A stretch of DNA of 63,809 nt, counting the filler, from Octopus bimaculoides (lineage: Eukaryota), in NCBI RefSeq assembly GCF_001194135.2. It is 5 parts of 4 records of this genome, joined end to end, with 100 filler letters (N's around TTAATTAATTAA, not from the genome) between each part and the next. Parts side by side here need not be neighbours in the genome. Positions count along the whole stretch, not along the records: positions 62,010 to 63,809 come from NC_068995.1; 4 more parts are not named here. The stretch is one strand, 5' to 3'. Below are positions 62,625 to 63,809 of the stretch, one piece after another (the stretch's first letter is position 1; every line of letters starts with the position of its first letter). The translations under genes were made by a program, and so were the position numbers. The notes beneath the pieces are model-generated. The model saw nothing but the letters and a program-made list of their open reading frames with translations, ran no database searches and was not told the DNA's origin.

Positions 62625-62742
62625 TGACAACTTACTGATTGTTCTAACTATACATATATAAATAAGCCTTTATTTACCTAATATCGAGGTCTCATTCTTT
62701 TGTTGTCACTTATTATTGTTATTATTATTATTATTGTTATTA

Positions 62743-62778
<36 letters not shown>

Positions 62779-62789
62779 CTAACAAAAGA

Positions 62790-63010
62790 AAGGCATCGTC
62801 CGTCACAAATGTTCGCTGAGATTCACCTTCTCGTTGATCGCAACATTCTTCTTGAAATTTCTTTTGAGTCTTGCATGGGTCATACTGGCCTCTTTAAAAG
62901 CTTTACTCCACTTTTGTTCGCCATCCAGCTCGATCCGAAGCAAGGGTTTCTATGGCTTTTGGATACATTCAAAGTGACTTCCTGTTCGTCCTTATGCAGT
63001 CTGTGATTGT
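62790..63010 (-). pseudogene. Possible RTE-clade LINE C-terminal relic
   Basis: IETLASDRAGWRTKV resembles the RTE motif WE.LA.DR..WR..V. Confidence 0.45.
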
Positions 63011-63809
63011 ATGTCTAGAGACGTATGTACATATATATACGCATTTACATATATGTACATTGCATAATATGTCTGGTTTTATCAGCCTATTATGGATATT
63101 CCGAAACAGCTGTAAAGATAAAACTTCATTACATCATGTAATTTGTATATGCTACTTTTCATATAAATACATTCCATACTGTCTTTGTCTATCTTTCTCT
63201 CTGTCTTTCTCTGTCTCTCAGTCTTTTTGTCTCTCTGTCTCTTTGTCTCTCTATTATATGATACACACACACACACACACACATATCATATCGTGTGTGT
63301 ATGTGTACATGTATGTACATATATGTATGCATATATGAAAATGTGTTCTTGTATGTATGTATCTACATATGTACGTATGTGTAGAGAAACATACAGTGGA
63401 AAAGATGGGAAATGACGTGGAGTGGGATTGGAGGGGAGCAAGATAAAGGTGGGGGTGACGAATGTGGAATGAAATAACAGACGAAATAAAAAATGGGGGA
63501 TGTCGGTGGGGATGGTGATGGAAAAAGATGAAGAAAGAAAGGTGTAAGGAGGGGGAACAGCGGGGACAATAGTGGGGTGGGCACGGTGAAGTTAGGCTAG
63601 AGGAATATAAGTGTGTGTGGGTGGGGGTTGAGCGTCGAAAAGAAAATATGATTGAAATATAGCAGAAAAAGATAAACAAACTTGAAATTGAAAAAAGAGA
63701 GAGAAAAGAAAAGAAAAAAGAAAAACAGATACGAAAAACTAAGCTGAGGATAATTGTTATTAAAACTGTAGAATAATGTCGTCATCTTTTCACCACATCC
63801 ATTCCTCCT

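Larger units (their letters stand above)
62257..62655. mobile_element. ~400-bp fold-back element with one hammerhead motif per arm
   Basis: Arms ~62257-62450 and ~62475-62655 are reverse complements. Flanked by TA-rich repeats. Confidence 0.85.

Noticed and set aside
63075-63128. GGA(TAT)TCC-GAAACAGCTGTA motif (similar strings at 3130 and 10818)
   Set aside because: The palindromic stem III-like part is present but there is no recognisable CUGANGA core. At most a very old relic.
56-63785. Most ORFs in the supplied six-frame track (poly-R/F/H/CV/YI and X-rich)
   Set aside because: They are translations of microsatellites, N gaps or SINE antisense strands, with no protein-like content.
1-63809. 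CRISPR arrays, rRNA genes and prokaryotic systems
   Set aside because: No regularly spaced repeat-spacer arrays or rRNA-like sequence. The content is spliced, eukaryotic and TE-dominated.

Overview
Repeat-saturated animal genomic DNA. The repeat landscape suggests a cephalopod (Octopus-like); this is an inference. The window is five sequence blocks joined by artificial 100-bp linkers (N44-TTAATTAATTAA-N44) and has many N gaps. Nearly all ORFs in the supplied track are microsatellite or N artefacts. One real host gene is recoverable: seven in-phase minus-strand exons (61227 to 44035, about 321 aa, incomplete at both ends). They encode two tandem homologous Cys/Trp-patterned domains resembling an uncharacterised metazoan family with a LolA/ependymin-like fold. 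The rest is transposon-derived: at least five tRNA-headed SINE families (labelled A-E here; nested, several with clear TSDs), R4/Dong-like RLE retrotransposon ends clustered in (TAA)n tracts, Penelope-like (PLE) GIY-YIG/RT relics, and pogo/Tigger, mariner and RTE relics. The most unusual signal is about 12 hammerhead-ribozyme (HHR)-like motifs, one with a fully canonical core. Several sit one per arm in 250-400 bp fold-back (palindromic) elements embedded in TA/TAA microsatellites. No CRISPR, rRNA or genuine tRNA genes were seen.
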